Origin: Eledone cirrhosa
Lineage: Eukaryota
Assembly: GCA_964016885.1 (NCBI GenBank)
Contig: OZ024754.1
Span: 16,058,001-16,122,000 of the forward strand
DNA length: 64,000 nt
Direction of reading: 5' to 3'
Below are positions 11,965 to 24,100 of the stretch, in pieces. How positions within the stretch are numbered: the stretch's first letter is position 1; each line of letters begins with the position of its first letter. The notes under the pieces were generated by a model. The model saw nothing but the letters and a program-made list of their open reading frames with translations, ran no database searches and had not been told where the DNA came from. The translations under genes were made by a program, and so were the position numbers.

Positions 11965-12165
11965 AATGCAGTGGAGTTAGAGGGTCAGGCAAATACTTTT
12001 GAGTATTTGTTTCAGCTGAGTTCAATTCCTGCCAAAGTCCATTTTGCCTTTTTTCTTCTCAGGGTCAATAAAATAAAGTGCTAGTCAAGTACTGGGACTG
12101 ATATAATCAACTTTGCCCTCTCTCAAAAATGACTGGCCTTGTGCTTAAATTAGAAACCATTATTA
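11965..12165 (+). mobile_element. Diverged family-1 SINE
   Basis: gagttcaattcctgcc...ttttgcctt...gggtcaataaaataaagt...ggccttgtgc...tagaaacc. Confidence 0.6.
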
Positions 12166-13380
12166 TACACATTGGGTAGTAGATTGGCAGAACATTAGAC
12201 AGCATGTTTCAGTTGAGGTATCATCAGTGTTAGAGGTGCAGTGATCTAGTTTGGCAGTTTGGAACTGTATCAGAAAACACCAAGAGGTTATAATAACCTC
12301 TTCATTCTATGTCCCATAAACATAACCTTCATCTACATCAAAATAACCAATTATGGTGTTGCCTAACATATGAGAGGACAACTATGATCACCAAGTCACT
12401 CATCTACGATAGTAGTCTGCTAGATGGTTGTCAGAAATCTCTGTAGTTGTTCCATTGTCTATGACTAGTCTAAGCTTATTTGTTGTCTCAAATTCTGACG
12501 GTCGCACTTATTTTGACCATTTCTCTGCCAACAATATAGCCACTTCAATTCTATTGCTGTTACCTCTGTTTCTTACCCATAAGAGTTCTGGCGAGTCTGA
12601 CCTTCCTCTCATCTACATGCCACACATCATCTCACTTCCACTCTAGCATCATTACAAACCTCAACAGACCTGTGTTTCGTTATGCCAGCTTTGATGGTAG
12701 CAACCCTATAGTTTTGTACCCAGCAGACCAACAGAAAGGGAAGAGGTTCTGGTAGAGTTTGTCTCAGATTGTTTTATTTTCTTGGAAAGAAGAGAGTCAA
12801 TGCAATAGTTTGATGATAATTGATGGGTTTTCACTCATGGTCAGTAACTTTTCAAACTGAGCCACAATGTTAAAAATAGATTCTTCAATCTCAAGAAGCG
12901 GCTCAAGTTTTCCTAGCCTGAGAAATCAGGATAACTGGATTAGCAACCGTGAAATTTGTAGATTGCACTATTAGAATAGGGTCACCTCTTTACTCTGTCT
13001 CTCACCCAGCTGTCACACAGAAGTAAGTTTAACCACAGAACTTTAAAAAAATAACAACAACAACAAAAATATATATATATATATATATATATAATAAATA
13101 AATGAAAGTAAATAAAAAGTTCACAGAATTTCTTTAATCATCATTTTCCACCAATATTTTTTTAATCTTTTTACTTTTTTTTTTATCACAGTAATTTGGA
13201 AATATGAAGCGACAGAAACCAGGCTTTAGGTTTTAGATGTTAGATGTTAGTTTCTTCAAAAGTTAAAACACTAGACAGGGAGAAGTATGTCAAAGGAAAA
13301 AAAATCAGACCAATTTTACAATTTTTTCCCTATTACGTTCTACCATCTGAGAGAAGGGGAAGTGAGAGTCCTGTTTACCT

Positions 13381-13386
13381 TTTATT
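13381..13386 (-). promoter_or_regulatory. Candidate polyadenylation signal AATAAA of the UBE2O 3' UTR
   Basis: tttatt on + strand about 1.4 kb past the stop codon; other AATAAA hexamers exist (e.g. near 13840), so the assignment is tentative. Confidence 0.3.
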
Positions 13387-13465
13387 GTAAATAATTCTGT
13401 ACAAATTTTACACATTTTAATAATATATCATATATGAAATGGGTAAATGTGTGTGGGCGAATATA

Positions 13466-13497
<32 letters not shown>

Positions 13498-13549
13498 ATA
13501 ATTTAGATAGATATGTGCATGAATGAATGAATATATGTGTGTATGTATG

Positions 13550-13589
<40 letters not shown>

Positions 13590-14820
13590 AGCACATCAAG
13601 ATGCACACAAATGTAACTTTAGATGTCTAAACACACCAAATATAACTTCAAGTATGTTTAAACACAGAAACAGCAGATCATGTATTTTATACATTACACA
13701 CACACACACATATACATATATATATATGCATCTAAACACAAACACACATGTAAAGATAGATACATACACGCACACACATGCACACCTATAATACACATAT
13801 ACGTCTTATTATAAGACATGCACACAAACATACATAATTTTATTTATTTCCATCAAACCAAAAGGAATTAAGAAAATATTTTCAAATATAGCTCTGAAAT
13901 AATCAAATAGGAAAATTAACACCCTTCAACTGAATTAGCCAAGCAAAATTATCAACAGGGCTCAAAAAGGCTTGCTTTGTTTTTCCATGAACCATCGGAG
14001 GTCAAAGTTAAAGAAACGAATAGGACAAACCATTTAACTGCTCTCTATCACATTCATTTGTTTGAGGTCATTTCTTTCTTTATATATTTTTTTTTGTTTT
14101 TCTTATTTGTTAGTGGAATTTAAAATAAAACACTTTTCTATCATATCATATCCTTTCATTTTATACATAACACTGTAATAAAGGATTAACAAGAATATTG
14201 CAAACATTATAATAGAACAGCTATTTTAACATATATTTAGTTATTCTATGTATGTGTGTACATGTGTGTGTGTGCGCAGGGGGAGGGGTTTTCAAATTTT
14301 AAATATTACAAAGAAAAAAAAACAAAAACAAAAAAGAAAAAACAAAATATTGTTAGAATTTTACGATGGAAGGGGAGAAGTGGGGTGGGATTCAGAGAAT
14401 GTAAACCGCGAGAAATACATGAGAGAAAAAAAATACTCCAGTTTTCCTTGAAAATATTTCAGACAGTCATGGTGAGGGGGATTAAAAATAAAAATAAATA
14501 AATCTTGTCAACAAATCAGCCAATGATGCTATAAATTCTGTCCCACTTCAATGTCTGTACCTCCAAATTAAAGCTACTCTTTCCTACCCCTGCCATAGAT
14601 AGAACTTCAGAAGTAGGGGAGCACTTGGACGTCTGTTTGAGACATTTTTACAAACGCACACACACCACACACCCCACACTAAACATGCAAATGAATGGAT
14701 GAGTCAGGGATGAAGGGAAGAGTTAAGACTGCGACAAGAATAGAGAACAGAAGGTAAAATATATATATATATATATATATAAATCTTGACAGGTTGTTTG
14801 TTTGCCTTTTTTTTTATGCA

Positions 14821-15190
14821 TTAGACTTTCTTCTTTAGATTTTCTAGTACAGTTTGAAATGATTCTAGCTGCTTCCGCAAAGACAAACAAAAACCGCGAG
14901 ATGCTGGCAGAAGAGGAAACTCTGGACTTGCACCCAATAGTTCTTTGTTGGACAATATAGAGAGAGTAGCAACAACAGCAGCAGCAGCAGGAGGAGGAGA
15001 AGCAGGGACACAAGTTTCAGTTGAAGTATCATCAGTGTTCGAGAGGTGCAATGATTCAGTTTGGCAGTTTGGAACTGTATTGTCTGTCTGTGGTTGTGTA
15101 AAATTGTTACATAAACAGTCATTGGCAAGTAATTCTGTGTTTGAGACTTTGTCTGAGAGGTCTAACCACTTCTTTAAACGATTTATCATT
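14821..15190 (-). CDS. UBE2O: UBE2O last coding exon (MINRLKKWL...[16 protein letters not shown]...KKV*)
   Basis: ttttctag acceptor, TAA stop at 14821-14823, conserved C-terminal [10 protein letters not shown]. Confidence 0.93.
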
Positions 15191-18100
15191 CTAGAAAAGA
15201 GTTGAAACAAATACAAGACATTAAATACAGCATCAAAAAATTCAAGAGAGAAATGTTTTTAATATCAAATAAAAAATAAAACTATTTTAAGATTTCAGTT
15301 CTTGTGTGAACTCTAGGTCATATTTCTAATGAAACACTATGATTATTTTATTTAATTCTAAAAAGAAAACAATCAAGAATTTTGAGGAGTTAATAAAATA
15401 AATATTCTTTATTCATCTAGTATTTATGAAACAAAAAAAAAAAGGTTTAAATTTAAATATAAACATTTTAAAATAGACAAAAATATATCAGAACTAGAGG
15501 CAACAACAGGTGGATTAAAGCAACCTCTCTTTGCTCATGCCAACCATCTGGTGTACCGGGTGCATTTTTATTTTAGTGGCACCAGCACTATCACTTTACA
15601 GAGCATACTGGGTATGTTTTTGTATGGCACCAGTACTACAACTTTACAGAGTGTATTTGGTGTGTTTTATTGCAGACCAGCACTAGAGAGGTTGTCATAT
15701 GCTTGTTCAGACTGAAGAGACCTCTCAAACACACCATTGTTGTCTGTTCAATCGCTAAACACTGCAGCCTCTAGTCTCTCACCACATTTGCTCAACCAAT
15801 CTGCTTACCTGAAGCCATTAACTTTCAAATGATCATGAACCTCTTGGGCAAAAACAGTTGGTGGGCTGTTAGCCATATTGCTCATTGACTGAAGATAGAA
15901 ACAAACAAGACAAATTAAAAAAAAAAAGACATTAAAAATGTAAAAATCTAGCTATGAAGTTAAAGTGGAAAATTATTCTGACCAGTTTGATAGAGCTTCA
16001 AACCCTCCTACTACAGCTACTGTTCTGATCTAGATGTAAAACACTGATTACCACCTATACAGTTAATAATATAGTGATAGCAAAGGCAGAATGAGATTTC
16101 TCAGTTGTGCAAGAACACCATAACAGAGAGTATTTGTAATCATCCTAAACAAAATATGGATAAAATATGGAACAACATCACACATAAATAACCAATTGAA
16201 TATATACATATATATATCCATATGTAGTTGATGGTTGAGAGAAAAGAGTAATAAATACCGAAGTAGAGTTTAAATATTCATTTTATTAAGGTTAAATAGC
16301 GAGTCTTGTTAGTACTTGATGCAAGTTCAATTACTAGTCAAACAGCAGCAAGTTGCAATTTCCAATAGCTAGAAAAGGCCGCGTGCCATCAGGTTGACCA
16401 AACCACAATATACTACACGAAGACTAAGGTAAGGAGGAGGGGAAGGGGATTAATAATATAATATGGCTTGGTGGTTAGGATGTTGGACACTTATATGGTC
16501 ATGGGTTCGAATCTTGGACCAGGCATCATTCCTTTCTTCATTTAAGGTCCATCCTCTATGCTAGAAAGGGTTGGTCATTGCTATTGACCCATGTCTTAGT
16601 TCACCTGATATTTTTCAATTATTACATATAATAATCTATACATTATTATTATAGTCATTGCATTGGGACAATTACATTTCAAATTTTCCCAATACTTCTT
16701 AAGAACCAGATGTTTACACTTCTAGCTACAGGCATAACATTTTCTAAAAAATAGTCATTGGTGGCCAGAGCCTCCTCAGTATAGTGATTAACACACTCAG
16801 CTGGCATCCAAGAGATACAGGGTTCAATTCCTCCCAATTTTCCCCCCATCACCTGATTTTTTTTTTTCAAACTATTATTTTTAGTGATTGCCAATTATTA
16901 TTATAGTCATTTGTATTGGGATGACTCCATTTCAAATTTACCCAATGTTTCTGGATGCTTAACCCTTTATCATTTAAACCAGCCATATCTGGCCAGAATT
17001 CTCTCAACTTTTTCTGTTCAAACTGGCTGTAACCAGCCATTCATACTAATATTAAGGTATAGTTTTCAAAATAAATAACAGCAAAATCTTGTAGATTCGA
17101 TATTATGTTCGATAAGGTGTTTACTGTGAAAATACAATAGTAAATATAGAGTAATGTAAATGCTAAAGGGTTAAAAAGAACTAGTGTTTCAATGAGGACT
17201 TACTTGTACAACTTTCACTATTGCCATCTCATTATACATCCGACTGTTCTCCAATCCCTGCTGAGTTCCTCGCTGTTTCTCATAGCCAGCTTCATTGTAA
17301 TATGGTTCAGACACTAAAATTAAACCTACAAATACACACAACAAATTTTTTTTTAATTTATCAGAAATCAAGACAATTTTAATTATCACATTACATCACG
17401 ACAAATACACCCAGTACACTCTGTAAAGTGGCAGTGCTGATACCAGAATAAAATGATACCTACCCATCCACTTCATGGAAGACTGGGGTCAATGTACAAC
17501 TCACACCACTACTCAGACAACCTACCCACCTACTTCATCCAACCATCACTACCAGATTTTCTATTCTCAAATCATCATTTTACACGTACTTTCCATGTTG
17601 GCATAAGTTGGATGGCTCATTGTGGTTAGTCCTTAGTCAAAGTTATTGCTCTCCTAAACAGATTGGAAGATCATATCTGATTTATCATCATTTAACATCT
17701 GTTCTCCCAGCAAGCCAGAGTTGGATGGGTCATCACAGACCATGTCAGTGCCTAATCAGAGTTACTGTCCCTATAGGGGCCAGGTTTCTCTTACATACTC
17801 TACAGCAGTATTTTTACATGTATGCAACATCTTTGGCACCTGGTTGGATACATTTACCCTTTCTCCTCTTTACTGAAAAAAGAACCTATGCCAGAAATGA
17901 TAAAATTTCCTTTTCCACACAACAAATACATTTCCATCACACAAGTCTGGTAATAACATGGGAGTTATATTTTAGTTTTTGACATGACTTTAAAGAATTT
18001 ATCACTTAGTTAAGTCTTTTTACTGTTAAGATTTAGGCTAACAGGAACTGACAATATCAACTCTAATGAGATACATACCTTGTATTGAAACGAGTACCTG

Positions 18101-21100
18101 AAGTAAATTAGATTCCTGAGTCCACACTTCGTTTCCCTATCAACAATAAAAAAAATAAAGAAGAACAAATTAATATTCTTTTAAACACAATACAGACCTA
18201 TACCATATATGGCAATGTTAAACACACAGTACAGACCTATACCATATATGGCAATGTTAAACACACAGTACAGACCTATACCATATATGGCAATGTTAAA
18301 CACACAGTACAGACCTATACCATATATGGCAATGTTAAACACACAATACAGACTATACCATATATGGCAATGTTAAACACACAATACAGATCTATACCAT
18401 ATATGGCAATGTTAAACACACAGTACAGACCTATACCATATATGGCAATGTTAAACACACAATACAGATCTATTCCACATATAGCAATGTTAAACACACA
18501 ATACAGATCTATACCATATATGGCAATGTTAAACACACAATACAGATCTATACCATATATGGCAATGTTAAACACACAGTACAGACCTATACCATATATG
18601 GCAATGTTAAACACACAATACAGATCTATTCCACATATAGCAATGTTAAACACACAATACAGATCTATACCATATATGGCAATGTTAAACACACAATACA
18701 GATCTATACCATATATGGCAATGTTAAACACACAGTACAGACCTATACCATATATGGCAATGTTAAACACACAATACAGATCTATTCCACATATAGCAAT
18801 GTTAAACACACAATACAGATCTATACCATATATGGCAATGTTAAACACACAATACAGATCTATTCCACATATAGCAATGTTAAACACACAATACAGATCT
18901 ATACCATATATGGCAATGTTAAACACACAATACAGATCTATACCATATATGGCAATGTTAAACACACAGTACAGACCTATACCATATATGGCAATGTTAA
19001 ACATACAGTACAGACCTATACCATATATGGCAATGTTAAACACACAATACAGATCTATTACCATATATGGCAATGTTAAACACACAGTACAGACCTATAC
19101 CATGTATGGCAATGTTAAACAATACAGATCTATACCATATATGGCAATGTTAAACATAATACAGATCTATACCATATATGGCAATGTTAAACACACAGTA
19201 CAGACCTATACCATATATGGCAATGTTAAACACAATACAGATCTTACCATATATGGCAATGTTAAACACACAATACAGACTATACCATATATGGCAATGT
19301 TAAACAATACAGATCTATACCATATATGGCAATGTTAAACACATAATACAGACCTATACCATATATGGCAATGTTAAACATAATACAGATCTATACCATA
19401 TATGGCAATGTTAAACACACAGTACAGACCTATACCATATATGGCAATGTTAAACACAATACAGATCTTACCATATATGGCAATGTTAAACACACATTAC
19501 AGACTATACCATATATGGCAATGTTAAACAATACAGATCTATACCATATATAGCAATATTAAACAATACAGATCTATACCATATATGGCAATGTTAAACA
19601 CATAATACAGATCTATACCATATATGGCAATGTTAAACAATACAGATCTATACCATATATAGCAATGTTAAACAATACAGATCTATACCATATATGGCAA
19701 TGTTAAACACATAATACAGATCTATACCATATATGGCAATGTTAAACACATAATACAGATCTATACCATATATGGCAATGTTAAACAATACAATGACAAC
19801 AAGTGACCAACATGTTTTCTAAAAGAACAATATTTTCAAATTTTAACAAAAGCAAATGATGATGATAATTATCATTTAACATCTATTTTTGCTGCTGGCA
19901 AGGATTGGTTGGGGTTGTCACAGACAAAGTCAATATTTAATTGGAGCTACTGAGTCTCAGATTGCCAGGGAGGAGTTGCATCTCACATCCTCGCACTTTA
20001 TACAGCATGCTGGGTGCAATTTTTCATGGTACCAGAACTAGGAAGGTTGTCATGCCGTTGACACAACTGAAAAGTCCTTCCTCTCAACACACAAGTAAGA
20101 ATTCACAAGAAATATGTCAAGTTTTAACCCTTTAGCATTTACATTACTCTATATTCACTATTGTATTTTCACAGTAAAACCTTTACCTCACATAATATCA
20201 AATCTATGAGATTTTGATATTTATTTTGAAAACAATACCTTAACATCAGTATGAGTGGCTAGTTACAGCCAGTTTGAACAGAAAGAGATGAGAGAATTAT
20301 AGCCAGATATGGCCGGTTTAAATGTTAAAGGGTTAAAGAAAATGTACATCGTAGTTTAGTTGCTAAGAGATTGTGGGTCGACAAAAGATGCAATTATTGA
20401 TAGTAAATATTCATGGAAAACACGAAAGTATTCAAGTAACCCACCTTGCCAGACCAAGTACCCAGTAAGCTTACACAGACTTTACCATCTTCATAAAGAT
20501 TAGGGTTGAGCCGATCAGCACAGTAGGACAAGTAATGGAACCTTGGTGGAGATGTAGGGTAATCATTTGGCAACTGAACATCGAAAATAAATAAACCATC
20601 TTCATAGGGTGTTTTTGAAGGTCCAACTATCATCACTGAGAATAAGTCCTGAAAAAAAAAAATTGAAATATATTAAAACATAAAAAAAAAAAAATCATAC
20701 AGACTTTTGGACAACTAAATGTTGTAGAAATTGATTAGAATCTAGCAAAGACTAAACTTTTGGTAAAGTAGGAAAGAAGACAGGACCTAGCTGCCATCAG
20801 GCCATGCTTGATATGCAAAAAAAGAGTAGGTAATTTGGCTGAGCATATAACAAATTCTCTAAGGCCATAATAAAATGCACCTGGTATACTCTGTAAAGTG
20901 TTAGTGCTAGTGACATGATAAAATTCACCCCCGTCTCGTGGTTAGCATTACTGAAAGGCTTCCAGTATAGAAACCAGGTAAAAATATGGAATGTATCAAT
21001 CAGTAAGGTGAGGTCTTTCTCTGACTTTAACCTCAAGCTATGAAAACCCATTCAAACAATGTCAGCTTGGAAAGTGTTCATAAAATAATGATGATGATGA

Positions 21101-24100
21101 AATAAAAAGAGTACAAAGAAATATTATCAGAAATATCAATACATACCATTCTCTCTTCAAATTCTTTAACAAAAATACCATCAGGAAGACTAGTTTTTAA
21201 TAATTTGGACTGAAAACAAAAACAAAGAAAAAACAAGATAAACTATGTACAAACAACTGGATAAAACATCAACAACTTTTAATGTCCTGTACTGCATGAA
21301 ACTGTAGAAGCAAGACATTCTATAAAATTACAAAACAGTACTGTGACTGCATTACATTAATAATTAGTCTTTACTATAATACTGAAAATTTTCACAACAA
21401 TCTGTCCACTCGTATAAATACTATAAACATTTGAATTAAATTTGTTTTTAATTATTTTCTGTTAAATTATAACGATGTTAAGAGTGAATATTGTATCAGC
21501 AAAGACTGTCTAAAAATGTATAGAAATCATATTTTAGACAATAGCATTAACCCTTTTGATACTGCTCCTGAAACCACCTTTATTTCTACAATACAAGCCC
21601 ATTTGTTTTCAAATATTTGGTCTCAGAACATGACATCCTGTCCAACCCATGCTAGCATGGAAAGAGGATGTAAAATGAAAATTAGTGGTGATTTCAAAAT
21701 TTGATTTTGTTTTAAGAAACAGAGAGAATTAAACATTTTAATCTAGAGATTCTTATGTAGGGCTCTTGAGAAGCTGTTTTAAGAATAACACAACTCTCAA
21801 TATAGATGAAGAAATCACTAACCTCTCGTTTAAGAGACATAAAGAAAGATCTTTGGCTGCTGAGGTGTGTATGATTACAGAAATGATGACAATTTGGAGT
21901 TCCCTCAACAATTTGGAAGCCTGAAAGCAAGAAAGTAAGAATAAAGTAAAAAAAAAAAAGAAGATATTCCTAATTTATTAGGTACAAGATTCAGTTAAGC
22001 TACAAAGAAAAAAGGAAAAACTTCAAAATCTATCAGGATCTTGATAATTTCAAGCAAAACAATTTCTTTATTGGTCATGAGGGCCAAAAACATAATATAA
22101 TTGAAACTATATTGCCATTTATTAAAGCAAAATATTGGTGGATAATCTTGCTACAGTTGCCTGTTCCAGGGTTAATAAAACAGGTTCCACTGCCACTTCA
22201 CAGCTTAGTGGTTAGCAAAATAAAGGGTATCTACTATATGTTGCAGAAATGGGTCCCTAAAGAAAACAAACAAAACAACAAAAAAAAAATGTTTAAATAA
22301 TGAAATAAAAAGAAACAACCCATCATATAAACATGGAAATAGATGTAAATAGTAGAAATAACTTTTTGACAATATATTATTCAGGGGAAAAGTGTAAAGG
22401 CTGCCTCGAGTCTGGAGGTTCATCAGGCCAGTAACTATCTCGGTTTCTGTGGTGTGAAGACACTGTCCCCCTGGACAGGACACCAGTCCATCGCAGGGTT
22501 AAACCCTCAGCTATTGTTGCTACTCATTTTCAGCTGAGTATACTGGAGCAACGTGAAACAAAGTGTTTTGCTCAGGAACACAACACCCGGTCCAGGAATC
22601 GAACCCACAACATTATGGTCATAAAGTTCAACACCCTTACCACTAGGCCATGTGTCTACAGAGAGAATAGAATAAAATGAAGAGAAATGCCATGAGAATG
22701 AAATAAATGACTTACCATTTTCATTGCAGACTGCGGGGTCAAATTCAGTAGTGGTGGTATCAAGTGAATCTAAGGTCTCTTTAACAAGATTAGCAGCAGT
22801 GATATCTAATTCATTTTCATCTTGAGATTTTTCACATGTAGCAGTGCTGATATTATTACAAGTATCTTCCTCATCAACATCATTATTACTATCTGCCTCA
22901 GAACTTGTTTGAATGGCTTTATTTTTATTGGGCCAGCTGGATAAAGAAAACCAATCAAGCCCAGGCGGGGCCTCTACATCATCAACAAGATCACTCTCAG
23001 TCTGAATACCCTTATCTTTATGCATATCATCACAGAAAGGACTATTTTTTGTTGCTTCTAGTATTCGTTTCCGCCATTTCTTGTTCACCTCCTTCAACGT
23101 CCGACCAATTCTGTCCTGCAGCAGTTTTACAAGACGTAAACACGAATCCTTTGTATTTTCATTCCATTTCGTACAATCTGGATTGAAATTCTTAAAGTCC
23201 TGAGTTGAAAAAAACTCATCAAAGTCTAATAGCACATTAGGATCTGGAGAACTGGCTGCTTCCATCCCAGCATTTGATAAACTTCTTTTAATATCTGGAT
23301 TATTATCTAGAACATTAGAACTACAACTGAGTTTCTCATTTGAAACAACTGTCCCTGAGTCTTTTGAATTATCTTCTTTGTTTGTTGTATTTGTTTTGTC
23401 AACAATTGATTCCTTACCAGCAACATTTGAGATATATTGTTTTGTTGCCATTAGTAAAGCTGATGACCGTTTGTTTGCTGAAGTTGTAAGTGGTATGCAG
23501 CTGTCAGAGTGGCTGTTACATGCCGTGTTAGCATTCAACCGTTTATGTATCTCCTCAGATATTTGTAAAACCAAATCGTTAATATCAGGATCAACAAAAT
23601 GATACATTTTTAATAGCATATCAAGACTTTGGCAGTTGTAGAACATTTTGAGAACATTGTATGGATAGCCTGGATCATTATTCTTGATCAAAGTCAAAAG
23701 GCGAGACAAAGCTCGGTTACCGCGCTGAATTAAATTATCTAAGTGTTCCTTCCGATCATCATATGTACCACATCGCGAACTAAAAATAAACGAAACATAT
23801 TTAATGTACATAGTACTTTAACTTCAGAAAATATTAAAATATAAAAAATAGCAAAAGGATAGAATGATAATTGTTTCTACTTTAGGCACAAGGCCAGCAA
23901 TTATCCAGTGCATTACTGGTACTTTATTTTATCGACCCCATAAGGATGAAAGGCAAAGTCAACCTCGGCGGGATTTGAACTCAGATCGTAAAGGGACGTA
24001 ACTATGCTGGAAAGCATGGCGTCGGACCCTCTACCGATACTGCCAATCCAAATGCTTGAGTATTTGTCAGAATTAAATTCACAGTCCATGACAGTATCGA

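Noticed and set aside
16460-16836. tRNA-like segments near 16462-16523 and 16770-16836
   Set aside because: Only A/B boxes without a complete cloverleaf; more likely SINE heads than tRNA genes.
18315-19338. Long ORFs on both strands (256 and 324 aa)
   Set aside because: Translations of a 39-bp minisatellite inside a UBE2O intron; the flanking exons splice in frame without them.
22507-22715. C-terminal extension of ORF 22507-23811
   Set aside because: Reads past the gtaagt donor at 22715 into the intron and a SINE.
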